Below are positions 23,010 through 35,100 of a stretch of 49,209 nt of DNA, piece after piece. This DNA is from Thraustochytrium aureum (taxonomy: Eukaryota): positions 176,688 to 225,896 of the forward strand of contig BLSG01000114.1 of the NCBI GenBank assembly GCA_012862495.1. Direction: 5' to 3'. Position numbers and translations under genes: made by a program. Below the pieces are notes generated by a model. That model worked only from the letters and a program-made list of their open reading frames with translations. It was not told the origin of the DNA and did no database searches. Every line of letters begins with the position of its first letter. The first letter of the stretch is position 1.

Positions 23010-23125
23010 CAAACAAACAAGCAAATCAAACCAAGCAAAACCAAGCAAAACCACACAACAAACAAACAAAACAACAAACGCACGAACAAACAAACAAACA
23101 AACGCACGAACAAACAAACAAACAC
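23010..23125. repeat. (AAAC)n-type simple repeat containing a duplicated acaaacgcacgaacaaacaaacaaac-like unit
   Basis: Read directly; lies upstream of the fumarate reductase gene. Confidence 0.85.
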
Positions 23126-23498
23126 GCGAGCAACAAGAGGCCGGCCCAGGAGGTACCCACTGCTCTACCTACCTCCTTGCGAGGCGCAGAGTGGTGCGGC
23201 AAGAACAAGGCGACTTGCGCCTGATGAAACCGGGATGTTCTTGAAAGCCTACGGACAAGGAGAGGTTGCCAGAGGGCGAGGGAGGGAGAGAGCGAGGAAG
23301 AAAACAAACGACAGACATGGATCACAAGCATCATCATCATGCGAATGGGCAAGCGAGGAGACGGACAGATGCGCTGCGAACAGCAAGTCGCGCAGCAGAC
23401 CCCAAACGCACAGGCCAAGTGAAAGGAAGAGCAACAGGAGACACAGCAGGGAAAGCCCGGTGAGGAGCAGCGAGCAGCAGAAGCAGCAGAGCAGCGAG

Positions 23499-24197
23499 AT
23501 GGCGCAGGTGATCGTCATCGGCGGCGGGCTCGCGGGCATGTCCGCGGCCCACACGATCGTGCAGTCCGGCGGCCGCGTCGTGGTCCTCGACAAGAGCCCC
23601 TTCTGCGGCGGCAACTCCACCAAGGCGACCAGCGGCATCAACGCCGCCGGGACCCGCACCCAGCGCAAGCTCAACATCCCCGACACCCCGGAGCTCTTCG
23701 AGAAGGACACCACCGTCTCGGCCATGGAGGGCGCTCGCCCGGACCTGATCCACACCCTCACGCACGAGTCGGGCCCCGCCGTCGAGTGGCTCATGGACGC
23801 CTTCGGCCTCGACCTGACCGTGATCGCCCGCCTGGCCGCCCATTCGGAGCCGCGCACGCACCGCGGCAAGGAGCGGTTCCCCGGCATGGCCATCACGTAC
23901 GGCCTGATGGAGAAGCTCGACGAGATCGCCGCTGCCGGCGAGCGCGCGCGCGTGATCAACAAGGCCACCGTGACCGAGCTCATCCAGGATGCCTCCGGCG
24001 AGGTTGTCGGCTGCAAGTTTGAGAAGGGCGGCAAGACCTACACCGAGATGGGCCCCGTGATCATCTGCACGGGCGGCTTCGGCGCCGACTTCACGGCCGA
24101 CTCGCTCCTGTCGCAGGTCTCTGCCGAGTGGGACAAGCTCGGCGCCTGGAGCACCTCGTCGCGCGCGGCGAGCCAGAGCGCCAACAAGAAGGTCCCG
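23499..24197 (+). CDS. Soluble FAD-dependent fumarate reductase (flavocytochrome c / Frd1-Osm1 type), truncated by the gap
   Basis: VIVIGGGLAG Rossmann motif, GGNSTKATSGINAA, AAHSEPRTHRG and VIICTGGFG. Third positions are almost exclusively C/G. Confidence 0.9.
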
Positions 24198-24913
24198 NNN
24201 NNNNNNNNNNNNNNNNNNNNNNNNNNNNNNNNNNNNNNNNNNNNNNNNNNNNNNNNNNNNNNNNNNNNNNNNNNNNNNNNNNNNNNNNNNNNNNNNNNNN
24301 NNNNNNNNNNNNNNNNNNNNNNNNNNNNNNNNNNNNNNNNNNNNNNNNNNNNNNNNNNNNNNNNNNNNNNNNNNNNNNNNNNNNNNNNNNNNNNNNNNNN
24401 NNNNNNNNNNNNNNNNNNNNNNNNNNNNNNNNNNNNNNNNNNNNNNNNNNNNNNNNNNNNNNNNNNNNNNNNNNNNNNNNNNNNNNNNNNNNNNNNNNNN
24501 NNNNNNNNNNNNNNNNNNNNNNNNNNNNNNNNNNNNNNNNNNNNNNNNNNNNNNNNNNNNNNNNNNNNNNNNNNNNNNNNNNNNNNNNNNNNNNNNNNNN
24601 NNNNNNNNNNNNNNNNNNNNNNNNNNNNNNNNNNNNNNNNNNNNNNNNNNNNNNNNNNNNNNNNNNNNNNNNNNNNNNNNNNNNNNNNNNNNNNNNNNNN
24701 NNNNNNNNNNNNNNNNNNNNNNNNNNNNNNNNNNNNNNNNNNNNNNNNNNNNNNNNNNNNNNNNNNNNNNNNNNNNNNNNNNNNNNNNNNNNNNNNNNNN
24801 NNNNNNNNNNNNNNNNNNNNNNNNNNNNNNNNNNNNNNNNNNNNNNNNNNNNNNNNNNNNNNNNNNNNNNNNNNNNNNNNNNNNNNNNNNNNNNNNNNNN
24901 NNNNNNNNNNNNN

Positions 24914-25990
24914 GCGTTCCACGGCTGCTTTGGGGACGGCTGCAATGGGTGCATCAATCTGGACGACCCGCACAACGCCGGCTTGCAGGAAATCGTTCGT
25001 CGGCTGGACGAAAAGTATGACATGCTTCACGCCGTCGTGGACGACGAGCGAATCATGAGTCGCGCGGACTTTTGGGCTCTTGCCCAAGTGGAGGCCGTGC
25101 GCGACGCAGCCCGAACGGTCGACGTGCTTCATCATCGGTACGGCCGCGTCGACTGCCCAACGAGCCCAAGGTCCGACGCGATGCACGCCTTCCCAGACCC
25201 GCACCTCGGCATGGAGGAAAACCTTGCCAAGTTCGGCCCGGAGTCGCAGTTTGGCCTGACGCGCCAAGAGACGATCGCCCTCATTGGAGGCGGCCACAGC
25301 GTAGGCCGCGTCCATACCCAGTTTTCGGGATTCGGTGCAGGCCCAGATGGCTCCGCGCCTTGGGATCGAACGGAAGATGTCCTCGACAATGACATCTTCA
25401 AGGTCCTCACATCCTTCGCCTGGAAGCAAGAGCGCATGGGGCGCGGTGACTACGCCTGGGTGCCCCTCGTCCAAGATGGCGCGCAGCAGCCGACACTGCT
25501 AATGCTCAACACGGACATGGCACTGCTGAACATCGTTCCAATCGCAAATCGCACAACGGGGCTCGTCGAGGGCGAGTGCGGCACAGAGTACGAGGACTGC
25601 CCCTTCGATGTCCTGAACACGCCCATCACGGTCGATTTTGCCCGAGACGGCGAGGTCTTCCTCGCGGCATTCATGCGCGCTTTCGAAAAGGTCATTGAGA
25701 ACGGCTCGCGCGGCCTCGAGCCGGCCAAGCTCATCCACCTCATGGGTGCCGCCCAGCAACGCCCAGACAGCCCACCACCAAAGGCGCTCGATGCAGGCTC
25801 CGCGTCGGCAGCGCAACGCAGCGGTGCTTCCGGCTCGAGGCTCTGGGGCTTGCTTGGTGTTCTCGCTGCGGCGGTCTTTGGCGGCCTAGGCGGGCACGCA
25901 ATTGGTTCGCGCCTCGCACGGCGTTCGCACGTTGTCAACGACATGCCGAATCTAAAGTACTCGCCTGTCGACCAAGTGCAGGGCGTCTGA
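24914..25990 (+). CDS. Non-animal heme peroxidase (ascorbate/cytochrome c peroxidase-like) with C-terminal TM; start in the gap
   Basis: Distal AFH, GCNGCINLDDPHNAGL, SRADFWALA, YGRVDC, proximal GGGHSVG, LMLNTDMAL and FLAAFMRAFEKVIENG; TM LWGLLGVLAAAVFGGLGG. Confidence 0.85.
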   Translation, partial: AFHGCFGDGCNGCINLDDPHNAGLQEIVRRLDEKYDMLHAVVDDERIMSRADFWALAQVEAVRDAARTVDVLHHRYGRVDCPTSPRSDAMHAFPDPHLGMEENLAKFGPESQFGLTRQETIALIGGGHSVGRVHTQFSGFGAGPDGSAPWDRTEDVLDNDIFKVLTSFAWKQERMGRGDYAWVPLVQDGAQQPTLLMLNTDMALLNIVPIANRTTGLVEGECGTEYEDCPFDVLNTPITVDFARDGEVFLAAFMRAFEKVIENGSRGLEPAKLIHLMGAAQQRPDSPPPKALDAGSASAAQRSGASGSRLWGLLGVLAAAVFGGLGGHAIGSRLARRSHVVNDMPNLKYSPVDQVQGV

Positions 25991-26561
25991 GCCGGGCTCG
26001 CCACAACTCACCACACAAAACAACAATGCATGCACTTGTCAGCCCTTGTGGCGTTCCTATAGTATCCGCGCCGCGGGCAGGCCCAGAGAGCTCCTACCAT
26101 CACAAGCAAGGCCAGCGCCGCGCTCCGATGCAAAGCATTCATCAGGATCTCATGATTCTCCTCCTTTCCGAATGGGATCTGGAAAAAACTGAACTGAAAA
26201 AACTGTGGGGTGGGCTGGCAGAGCAAACAGCGGCGTCGTTGCGGGCCCACGGCGCTGCGCAACAAAGTCCAGAGCAAGCTGCAGTAGACGTTCGCTGCGC
26301 GGGGTTTCTGCGAGAGGTAGCCGGCGGCGCCCGGACTCTCGCTCGGCCCCTGGCGCTGGATTCGGTTTCTTTCGGGCTGCGGCTCGTCGACGTGCTGTGC
26401 AATTCCGTGGGCCAGGCACGCAAAACCTTGCGCCCGCACGCCCGTCCACGTGCTGAGCGCACTTTGCCTGCGCAAGACGCAGTGCGAAAGGCGCACGCTA
26501 GGCCCAAGCCAGCCAGGCGCTTCTCTGTAGCCGGCTACTTGAGAGAGGGAGCAGAGCCAGG

Positions 26562-28124
26562 ATGTCGGACCTCTTCGCTGTGGAGGTGCCTTTGGGCCTC
26601 GCCCCAGGCATGAGCTTCCAAGCTCTCTTAAACAGCCAACTCGTGTCCGTGCAGGTCCCCGTCGGCGTGTACGGCGGGCAGACAATCAACGTCCGAGCGC
26701 CTGCGTTTTCTTCCTCAACTGCTGCAGTGGCGCGTCCGCTTGGGGAGCCGAGCGCCGTGGCGCAGCCCCCTGCCTCCATGCGCAGCGATGCAGCTGCTCT
26801 CGGACGCGACATTTTCGTCCGAAGCATGAGCGGGGGGCGGCCGGCCAGCTCAACCAGACCGGGACGGCCGATCCCGGGCCTCTCCAGCCGGCTCACCATG
26901 GCCGAACCGCCGAAAAGCATTCCAGACTGGTGCTTCGTGCAGCACCTTGATGCGGGCGAGCAGATGTTTTTGGACCGGAGTGCGACCAAAATCAAGTTCG
27001 GGCTCGCCTGGGAAAGCCNNNNNNNNNNNNNNNNNNNNNNNNNNNNNNNNNNNNNNNNNNNNNNNNNNNNNNNNNNNNNNNNNNNNNNNNNNNNNNNNNN
27101 NNNNNNNNNNNNNNNNNNNNNNNNNNNNNNNNNNNNNNNNNNNNNNNNNNNNNNNNNNNNNNNNNNNNNNNNNNNNNNNNNNNNNNNNNNNNNNNNNNNN
27201 NAGACGTGGATGGGTCCGTGATGCTGTTTGACGACAGGCAGAGTTTGTGCGACACGGTCTGGTATCGGCAGCTCAAGTCGCGCTTCCCGGACGCTGTGCA
27301 GCACAGCGGCGACGACCGCACCGGCGAGGGAAGCGGGGACGACGAGAAAATCTCGATCAAGCTGCGCAAGCGCCGCCAAACGTCGCGTATGTGGTGTGCT
27401 GCATCTCGGTCTTCTCCGCCTCGCAGTCGCTGGCAAGCGTGCGAAAGGTGCGCCTACGCCTCTACCACGGCAGCAAGAAGCCGAAAAAGTCGGGCCGCAT
27501 CCTCGTCCAGTTCGACTTGGACCACATGCGCGTCTCGGGGCGGTCCATGCTGGTCGCTGTTCTCGCGCGCCAAGGCCCCTGGTGGTCGCTGCGCGCGTTG
27601 GCCAAGCCGGCTGGCCAGTGGAGGCAGGCCAGTGACGTTGCGAGGAACGAGCGGGCACTGCTCGGCTCCGTTTTCGCGGGGCTGCCCGCCTCGCTTCCGG
27701 CCCGCTTCTGCGTCACAGTGACCGTGCGTGCTGGTCGGGGGTTGCGGCCAAGGATGTCAACGGCTTGGCCGATCCTTTCGTGACGCTCCAGTACCGCAAG
27801 CTCAGGTCCAAGTCAGATGTGGTCAGAAAGACTCTCGCGCCCGACTGGGTTGGCGGCGGTGGTAAGCCGGCTTCCGTGCGAGTCGAGGGCGTGGACGTCG
27901 CTGAGGCCAAAAAGCTCAAGCTAAGCGTTTGGGACTGGGACCGCTTCACCTCGTCCGACTTCATGGGCCACCTCAAGATCCCCATGGGCGCGCTTGCCAA
28001 CCTCGGGCCGGGGCGCCACACGCTCGAGGAGCGCTTGCAGACGCATCCCAAAAAGTACCCTTCGTCAAGCGTGAATGGCACCTTGGTGCTCGACGTCGCC
28101 GTGGAGCCGTTCGAAGCGCGTTGA
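26562..28124 (+). CDS. TerD-domain plus C2-domain fusion protein; gap and frameshifts at ~27370 and ~27745
   Basis: TerD: IKFGLAWE, DVDGSVMLFD, DTVWYRQL, QHSGDDRTGEGSGDDEKISIKL. C2: VTVRAGRGL, ADPFV, KTLAPDW, LSVWDWDRFTSSDFMG. Confidence 0.8.
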
Positions 28125-28885
28125 CGACAGGGTAACCGCCTCGATCGCGCCACAGCCTCTCGATGTCACAGCCTCACCACCGCGCGATTCGCACTGGAGC
28201 GCGTGCCTGCTGGCTCGCCCAGAACTACTAGCTTTCTACTACTCGGAAAGCGCATCGGCTGGCGGATGCGTGGATGCATGGACGGGCCAAGGAGGACGGG
28301 CAGTTTGTGTCACTCACGCGTGGCGCGAGTCTCAGGACACCCTCAAAGCTTGGCGCGTCGGTTTTGCACAGAGCTTCTCTGGCCTGAAAACAAACTGAAA
28401 CTCATCAATGCGAACAGTGCTGTCTCATTAGCCCCACCTTTGCCAGCCTTGCATCAACATTGTTCACCGCATCGGACCAGTCAAAAACGACGGCAGCGCA
28501 AGGAGGCGTCGCGCAAGTGTGCAACCGACACTTGAACAAACCGCAAGGGGAGCGTTCTCGTTCATTTGCCGACAGCGCGCGGTTGCTACCAGCGCAGGCA
28601 ACCGAGGAAAATCTACCAAGTGCCGGGCAGAAACGCTCAGTGCAACCCCAGGCCCACCGCGTTGTTCGGAAACCCCGTAAACAGCCGGCTCACGCCGAAT
28701 ACGCGCCACACTGGAGCTTACGCCGAGGGCGCGCGAGCAGCGGGGGATTCATCCGAGTGAGCCCGCGGGGGCATATGGCCAGCACGGCCTCACAAAGCCA
28801 GATCAGGAGGTCGGGCGCAAGTGCAAAACGGTGCGGCCACACGCGAGCGAGCGGTCAAAGAAATGAACGCAACGACAACAAGGCT

Positions 28886-28919
28886 CAACAACAACAACAA
28901 CAACAACAACAGCAACAAC
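28886..28919. repeat. (CAA)n trinucleotide microsatellite
   Basis: caacaacaacaa... run upstream of the ABCA gene. Confidence 0.9.
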
Positions 28920-29156
28920 GCCTCGCGACGAGCAGCAAAGCCCGAAGCGGCCTGACCAGAGACCAGAGCAGGGCGGCGACGCGCGGCGCGCAGACTGACT
29001 GGCAACGCGAGAGCTGCGCCTGGGCCTGCTGCCGGAGGGAAGCCGCGGGCGTTGACGGACCGACGCGCGTAGCGAGAGAGAGAGAGAGCGCGCGCGCTTC
29101 AGCGTCCTGCCCGAGGAGCTGGGCCACTCGCCGCGCGAAAAGGCCGGCACGACACG

Positions 29157-32100
29157 ATGCGGCTCGGGAGGAAGAGCGAGGCCGGCGATGTGGCGCTCGC
29201 AGTGACTACCGCGGACGTGGTTGTGGGTCAGCGCAAGGTCGCAGCACAGACGGGCAAAAACGGCAAGCCCAGCGCGCTCGCGACGCTGCTCAGGAAAAAC
29301 TATGTGCTCAAGAAGCGGCGGCCGCTCGGCACCTTTTGCGAGTTCCTCTTGCCGCTTTTGTTTGTGATCCTTTTCGCCTTGCTCAAGAACCTGACCGACA
29401 AGGTCCGGATCGCTGACGGCTGGAGCGTGGAAAACCGGAATTCGTGCCAATTCGAAGTCGCCCCGGACGGCTTCAACAAAACCTGCTCGTTCCCTTACAG
29501 CCGATTCACAACTAGCCTGACCTCGTTCTCGCAGGTCAGCTCGAGCTGGCGCGGGAGCTGGTCTGGCCACGAGACCGCCAAGCTGTTCCTCGCGACCTCC
29601 ACCGGCGAGGCCCGCGAGGTTGAAGCGCTCCAAGACTTTGTGGACTGGATGGTCGCCGACGGGGGCCCCGAGGGCCCCTTCGAGACGTTTGCCTCCGAGG
29701 TGTTTATTCTCGGCGATGGTTCCGTCGAGGAGATTAACGCATACGTGGCGTCAGAAGACTACGGGAACCCCACGTTCACACCCGACAAGCCCGAATGCGC
29801 TGCGGCGCTCGTCTTCGAAAAGATCGATTTTACCACGGCGCAGTTCGAGTACACGCTGCGACTCAACTCGACCAACTCGGCCAACAGGTTCGAGACCTCG
29901 CGAACCACGCTCTCGCCCACCGACGACATCCGCCGCAGCTTGAGCTGGGGCGGTGGGAGCTCCAACGTCGAGTACCTCGAGAGCGGCTTCATGTCGATCC
30001 AGCAGATGGTTGACGCATACCTCATTTCCAGGGCCGGTGCGAACCAGACTGGCTACCAGGCCGAGGATCTCTTTGCGCCCGTGGACTCGATCGAGTTTGA
30101 GGTGTACTCGCCGTACGGCGGGCGGATGCTGCCCTTCCCCGTGAAGAGCTACCTCTGGGACGAGTTTTTCTTCTTCGTAAGCGAGGTGATCCCGCTCGTC
30201 TTCACCCTGGCCTACCTGTACCCCGTTGCGCGCATCTTGGAGGGCCTCGTCCGCGAGCGCGAGACGCGCATGACAGAGATGCTCAAGATGATGGGCGTCA
30301 GCGAGGCCAAGATCATCCTGAGCTGGTACATCACTTACGCCGTGTTCTTCCTCGCCCTTGCTTTGATCATCACCTTGTTCGCGCGCGACATGCTGCCGAG
30401 CACCACTGCGGCGGGCGGAGGCTTCTCCACTTTTGTCTTCTTCCTCTTTTACCTCTTCGGCATGGCCACGGTCGCGTTTTGCTTCGCGATCTCCACCATG
30501 TTTCAGAAGGCGCGGACCGCTTCGTTCGTGGGAGTGATCATCTACTTCATCGGCTTCTTCTTCTACTACAGCGTCAACACTCCCGAGGTGAACCCCAAGC
30601 CGGTGCTCTTCCTCCTGCTCCCGCAGGTCGCGTTTTCTCTTTCCCTGCAAACCATTGCCGTCATGGAGGGCGCCGGAGTGGGCGCTTCGGCCGCAACGCT
30701 CTACGAGCCCGTGCAGGGATTCTTCCTCGCCTATGGCGTTACCATGCTCCTTTTCGACATCTTCTTCTGGACCGGCATTGGCTTTTACCTCTCCGCAGTG
30801 CTCCCGCGCGAGTACGGCCAGCGCCTCCCCTGGTACTTTCCGCTGCAGCCGTCGTACTGGTCCTCCAAGTGCAGCGGGTTGTGCGGCGGTCGCAAGTCGC
30901 CGAGCGCGCGCGGCATTGGCGTCGACGTAGACCAGGAGGCCGGTCCCGCGGCGAACGTGAATGTCGAGGCCGTCGACGTCTCGCTGCGCCAGCAGGTCTC
31001 CCAAGGCCGCGGCATCCAGATCCGCAAGCTGCGCAAGGAGTTCTCCACCCCGAGCGGGAAAAAGGTCGCTGTGAACGACCTCAGCCTCGACATCTACGAG
31101 GGTCAAATCCTCGCCCTCTTGGGCCACAACGGGGCCGGCAAGACCACAGCGATCAACCTGCTCACCGGGATGCTGCCTGTCACCGAAGGCGACGCGATCG
31201 TCCGCGGCAAGAGCATCCGGAAGTCGATGTCAGAGATCCGCGCCTCGCTCGGGTTTTGCCCGCAGCACGACGTCCTGTACGACGACCTCACCGTGCGGGA
31301 GCATCTCCAGTTCTATGGCCGCCTCAAGGGTCTCTCGGGGCCCGAGCTGAGCGCTGCCATTGACGAGTCGATCCGGCAGGTCGGCCTTGTCGAAAAGCGC
31401 AACGTTCGCTCCAAGAGCCTTTCTGGCGGCATGAAGCGAAAGCTGAGCGTCGCGATCGCGCTCATCGGCGACTCGCGCATTGTCTTCGTGGACGAGCCAA
31501 CAAGCGGCGTGGACCCGTACAGCCGCCGCGCGATCTGGGAGGTGCTGCAGAACAACCGCGATGGCCGCATCATCGTCCTGACAACCCACTTTATGGACGA
31601 GGCCGACTTGCTCGGCGACCGCATCGCCATCATGGCCGAGGGCGAGCTGCGCTGCTGCGGGTCGAGCCTTTTCCTGAAGAACCGCTTTGGAGCTGGATAC
31701 GTGCTCACGCTCGTCAAGGGCTCGGCGGCTTGCGATGTCGACCGCATCACCGCCCTGGTGAAGAACAACGTCCCTGCGGCGCGCATTTCGACCAATGTGG
31801 GGACTGAAGTGTCATACCAGCTCCCGCTTTCGGCATCCGGGCAGTTTTCCGCCTTGTTTCGCGCCCTCGACAATGGGCTCGAGGACCTCGGTGTGCTTTC
31901 GTACGGCATGTCGGTCACGTCTCTCGAGCAGGTTTTCATCAAGGTGGCCCGCGCGGACGACCAGCGCCAGGGCAGCGACAGCGGCAACTTTGACGGCACG
32001 CTGTCGGCTTCCGAAGAAACAGCGCGCAAGCGCGGCGTCCACCGCTCCTCGCAGGAAGGCTTGCCTCTCGAGGCGAAAGCCGTGCCAGCCAGCGCTCTCG

Positions 32101-35100
32101 CGTCGGCCCCTCTCAGCTCCTGCGGCCTCTTTGCCCTGCACTTCTCGGCCATGCTTCGCAAGCGCGTCCAGTATTCGCGCCGCGACGGACGCAGCTTCCT
32201 GTGCAGCGTCATTATGCCCCTCGTGCTCTACACCGTCGGTCTGCTCATCCTCAAGCTCATTCCCGTGGGCCTCGACGACCCCGCGTACGTGCTCGACACG
32301 TCAGATTTCAACCCCACGTTCCCTGACGAGTCGAACGCGTTCATGCCCATCATTGAGCTGACAGCGACTGGCAACCGCACGCGCGACGTGGCGACAAACA
32401 ACGCGTTCGACCCCTATTTCGTGCTCGAGCAGGTGGACGAGGCCTTCTCGCCCCTGCTGGAGAGCTCGTCCGACGTGGAGATCGAGCTCTTCAACCACAC
32501 GTACATCAACGGCTTGCCCGCCGAGGACGAGTGCGCGCGCACAGATTGCAACAACCCGAGCCCCGCCCATGGCGCGGCAATTCTGGACTTCTCGCGGAAG
32601 ATGATCCTCGACGAGGTGCCGGCGAGCCGAAAGGGCGCGTCGCTTTACGCGGCAGCCGTGATCCAGCCCATGCCCGCCGAGCAGCCGCACAGCTGCCTGC
32701 TCACCGAGTTCGAAGTCAACACTGACCTAGGGGAGCTCTTGCTCAACTACCAAGCCGACCCGTGCTCAGATCCCACCAGCCCCTGCCTCTTTCTGGAGGC
32801 TGAGATCGAGGGCGCCGCGAACCGGATTTGCCTCCCCGCTGGCTGCCTTTCCAACCTCTACGAAGACAACGCGATCGATCGCCTGCTCCAGGCTGCCGGG
32901 TTCGGCGGCACTGGCGGGTTTGGCCCTGGTGCGGGCTCGGGCGGCGGAGGTGGCGGCGCGCCGCCTACCGAGGAGGAGATCGCCGAGTTTGAGCGCCTCA
33001 TCGAGACCACCCCTCGTGCTCACGTGCGAAGGCGCGCTCTGCAACACGGGCCCCTCCCTCGCGTTTGAGCCGAGCGTGTGCCGCGGCGACGGGGACCAGA
33101 CTTGCATTGCGGACGGGCTCGTTGCTTACAACGTGAACGCCTCCGATTTTTCGCTATACATCAAGCCTGGGGTCAAGTACTGCGACGGCCGCAACATTAC
33201 CACCGTGGAGGACGTCGAGGAGTCCACCTCCTCGGGGTTTGGCGGAGGCACCAAGCCGCCGCCGGGTCTGGGCAACTCCACGGATGGCCCTCGCGAGTGC
33301 ATGGTGACGGGCATTCCCGCCGAAGCCCAGGCCATTCTCCTGGAGCTGGTCCTTGGCGGCGTGACGGCTCCTCCTCCTTCGTTCAACGAGTCTACCAACA
33401 CATGCGACGACGCTGGGCTGGCGTGCTCCTTCCTGCTCCTCGCAGACCAAGGCGCCAATGCGACAGATGTCTGCGTTGTCGACAGCTGTGCGACAGACGA
33501 AGCAGCTGTCAACGCAACCCTTGCCAACCTCGAGCTCTTCCTGCCGGGCATTTCGTCCGCGCCGCGGCTGACGTGCGACAACATCCCCACGACGTGCGAC
33601 CAGGTGTTTGACCTCGGCGACCTTTTGGGCCTGGCGCAGCCTGGCACTGCGCTCGAAAACATCCTCAACTCCACGACGACAGGGATCTTTGGCGTTGGAG
33701 TCAACGTTACATTTCTTGGCGAGTTCCTCGAGGACCTCGGCTTTGGCGCGCTCAACGGTACGTCGCTCCTTGAGACGCTGGCCTTGCTCAACAGCACGGG
33801 CGTGATAAACGGGACGAGCACGGATGCGGCTGTAGTGCTGCAAGCGCTGCTCGATTCGCAGGACCTCACGGCGGCGGACCTGGCGGCGGTAGGCGCGCTC
33901 CTGAACTCGACCGACCCGAACGAGCTTGTCAACAACCTGTTGTTGGGCGACATCAACGCGACCTCGATCGAGGCCCTCTTGGCCAACCCGGAGGTCCAAG
34001 CTGTCCTTCTGGAATCGCTTGCGCGTCTGGGGGCGGCCGAGAGCACTGTGCAAGTGTGCGCGACAACGACAGACACATGCGTGCAGGCCGACGTGGTGAT
34101 CCAGGGCCAGCGACTGTGTGTGCCCACCGGCTGCGCTGCCGAGTTTGACCCAGCCGCCTACGGCTGGCTCCCGCTCCTCGCCGGGAGCGCGGCCTTTGAG
34201 ACGGTCGACTTTTTCGAGTGCAACATCACGCAGTGCAACTACGGGTGCCGCGGCGCTGGCAACTGCCGCGCAGAGGACCTCGAGCCCGTGCGGTACAACG
34301 CGACGTCGGCTGACTTTGAGGCTGCTGACGACATCTGCCCCGTGATCCCGATTAGGTACTCGTACACGGCGATGATCAACTCGACGGCGCGCCACGGGGC
34401 CCCGATCGTGGCCTCCAGCATCCACAATGCCCTCCTGCGCACCAAGCTGTTCCGGCAGTTCCCCGACTTCTTTGCCGACCTGCTCGCGAACGCCACGGCG
34501 GAGGTGATCGCGGCCAAGATGCCGCGCATTGTCACCAAGTCGCAGCCGCTGCCGCTGACCAACAACATCAAGACGATCATCAGCGGGATCATCGCCTTCG
34601 TGGCGGCCATCTTTGCCCTGATTGCCTTCGCCTTCATCCCCGCCAGTACGGCCTCGTATGTTGTGCTCGAGCGCGAGGCAGCCGCTAACGTCAAGCACCA
34701 GCAGATCGTGTCCGGGGCCGGCATTCTGTCGTACTGGCTCTCTATGTACGTGTTCGACATGGTTTTGTACTTGGTGCCGCTCATTGGCGCCATCTCGCTC
34801 ATCGTGGGCTTCAACATCGAGTCGTACATCGAGAACGGCGCACTGTCCGCGGTGGTGCTCCTGTTTTTCGGGTTTGGGCTGTCCAGCATCGCCTTTTCGT
34901 ACGTGACGAGCAACTTTTTCAGTTTGCACACCACTGCGCTTATCGGGACGCTCTTCATCAATCTCCTCCTCGGACTGGTCCTCATGATCGCTTCGTACGT
35001 AATGGCTTCGCTGGACAACCCCTCCGTCAATGAGGCCAACTCGGATCTCAAGCCGTTCTTCCGCGTGTTTCCTGGGTTTGCGCTCGGCGACAGTCTCCTC

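Noticed and set aside
22716..23498. 260-aa N-terminal extension of the fumarate reductase
   Set aside because: It translates AAAC microsatellite and purine-rich leader sequence. Homology and codon bias begin at ATG 23499.
26026..26613. 195-aa plus-strand ORF between the peroxidase and TerD-C2 genes
   Set aside because: No motifs, weak codon bias, and it overlaps the next gene's start.
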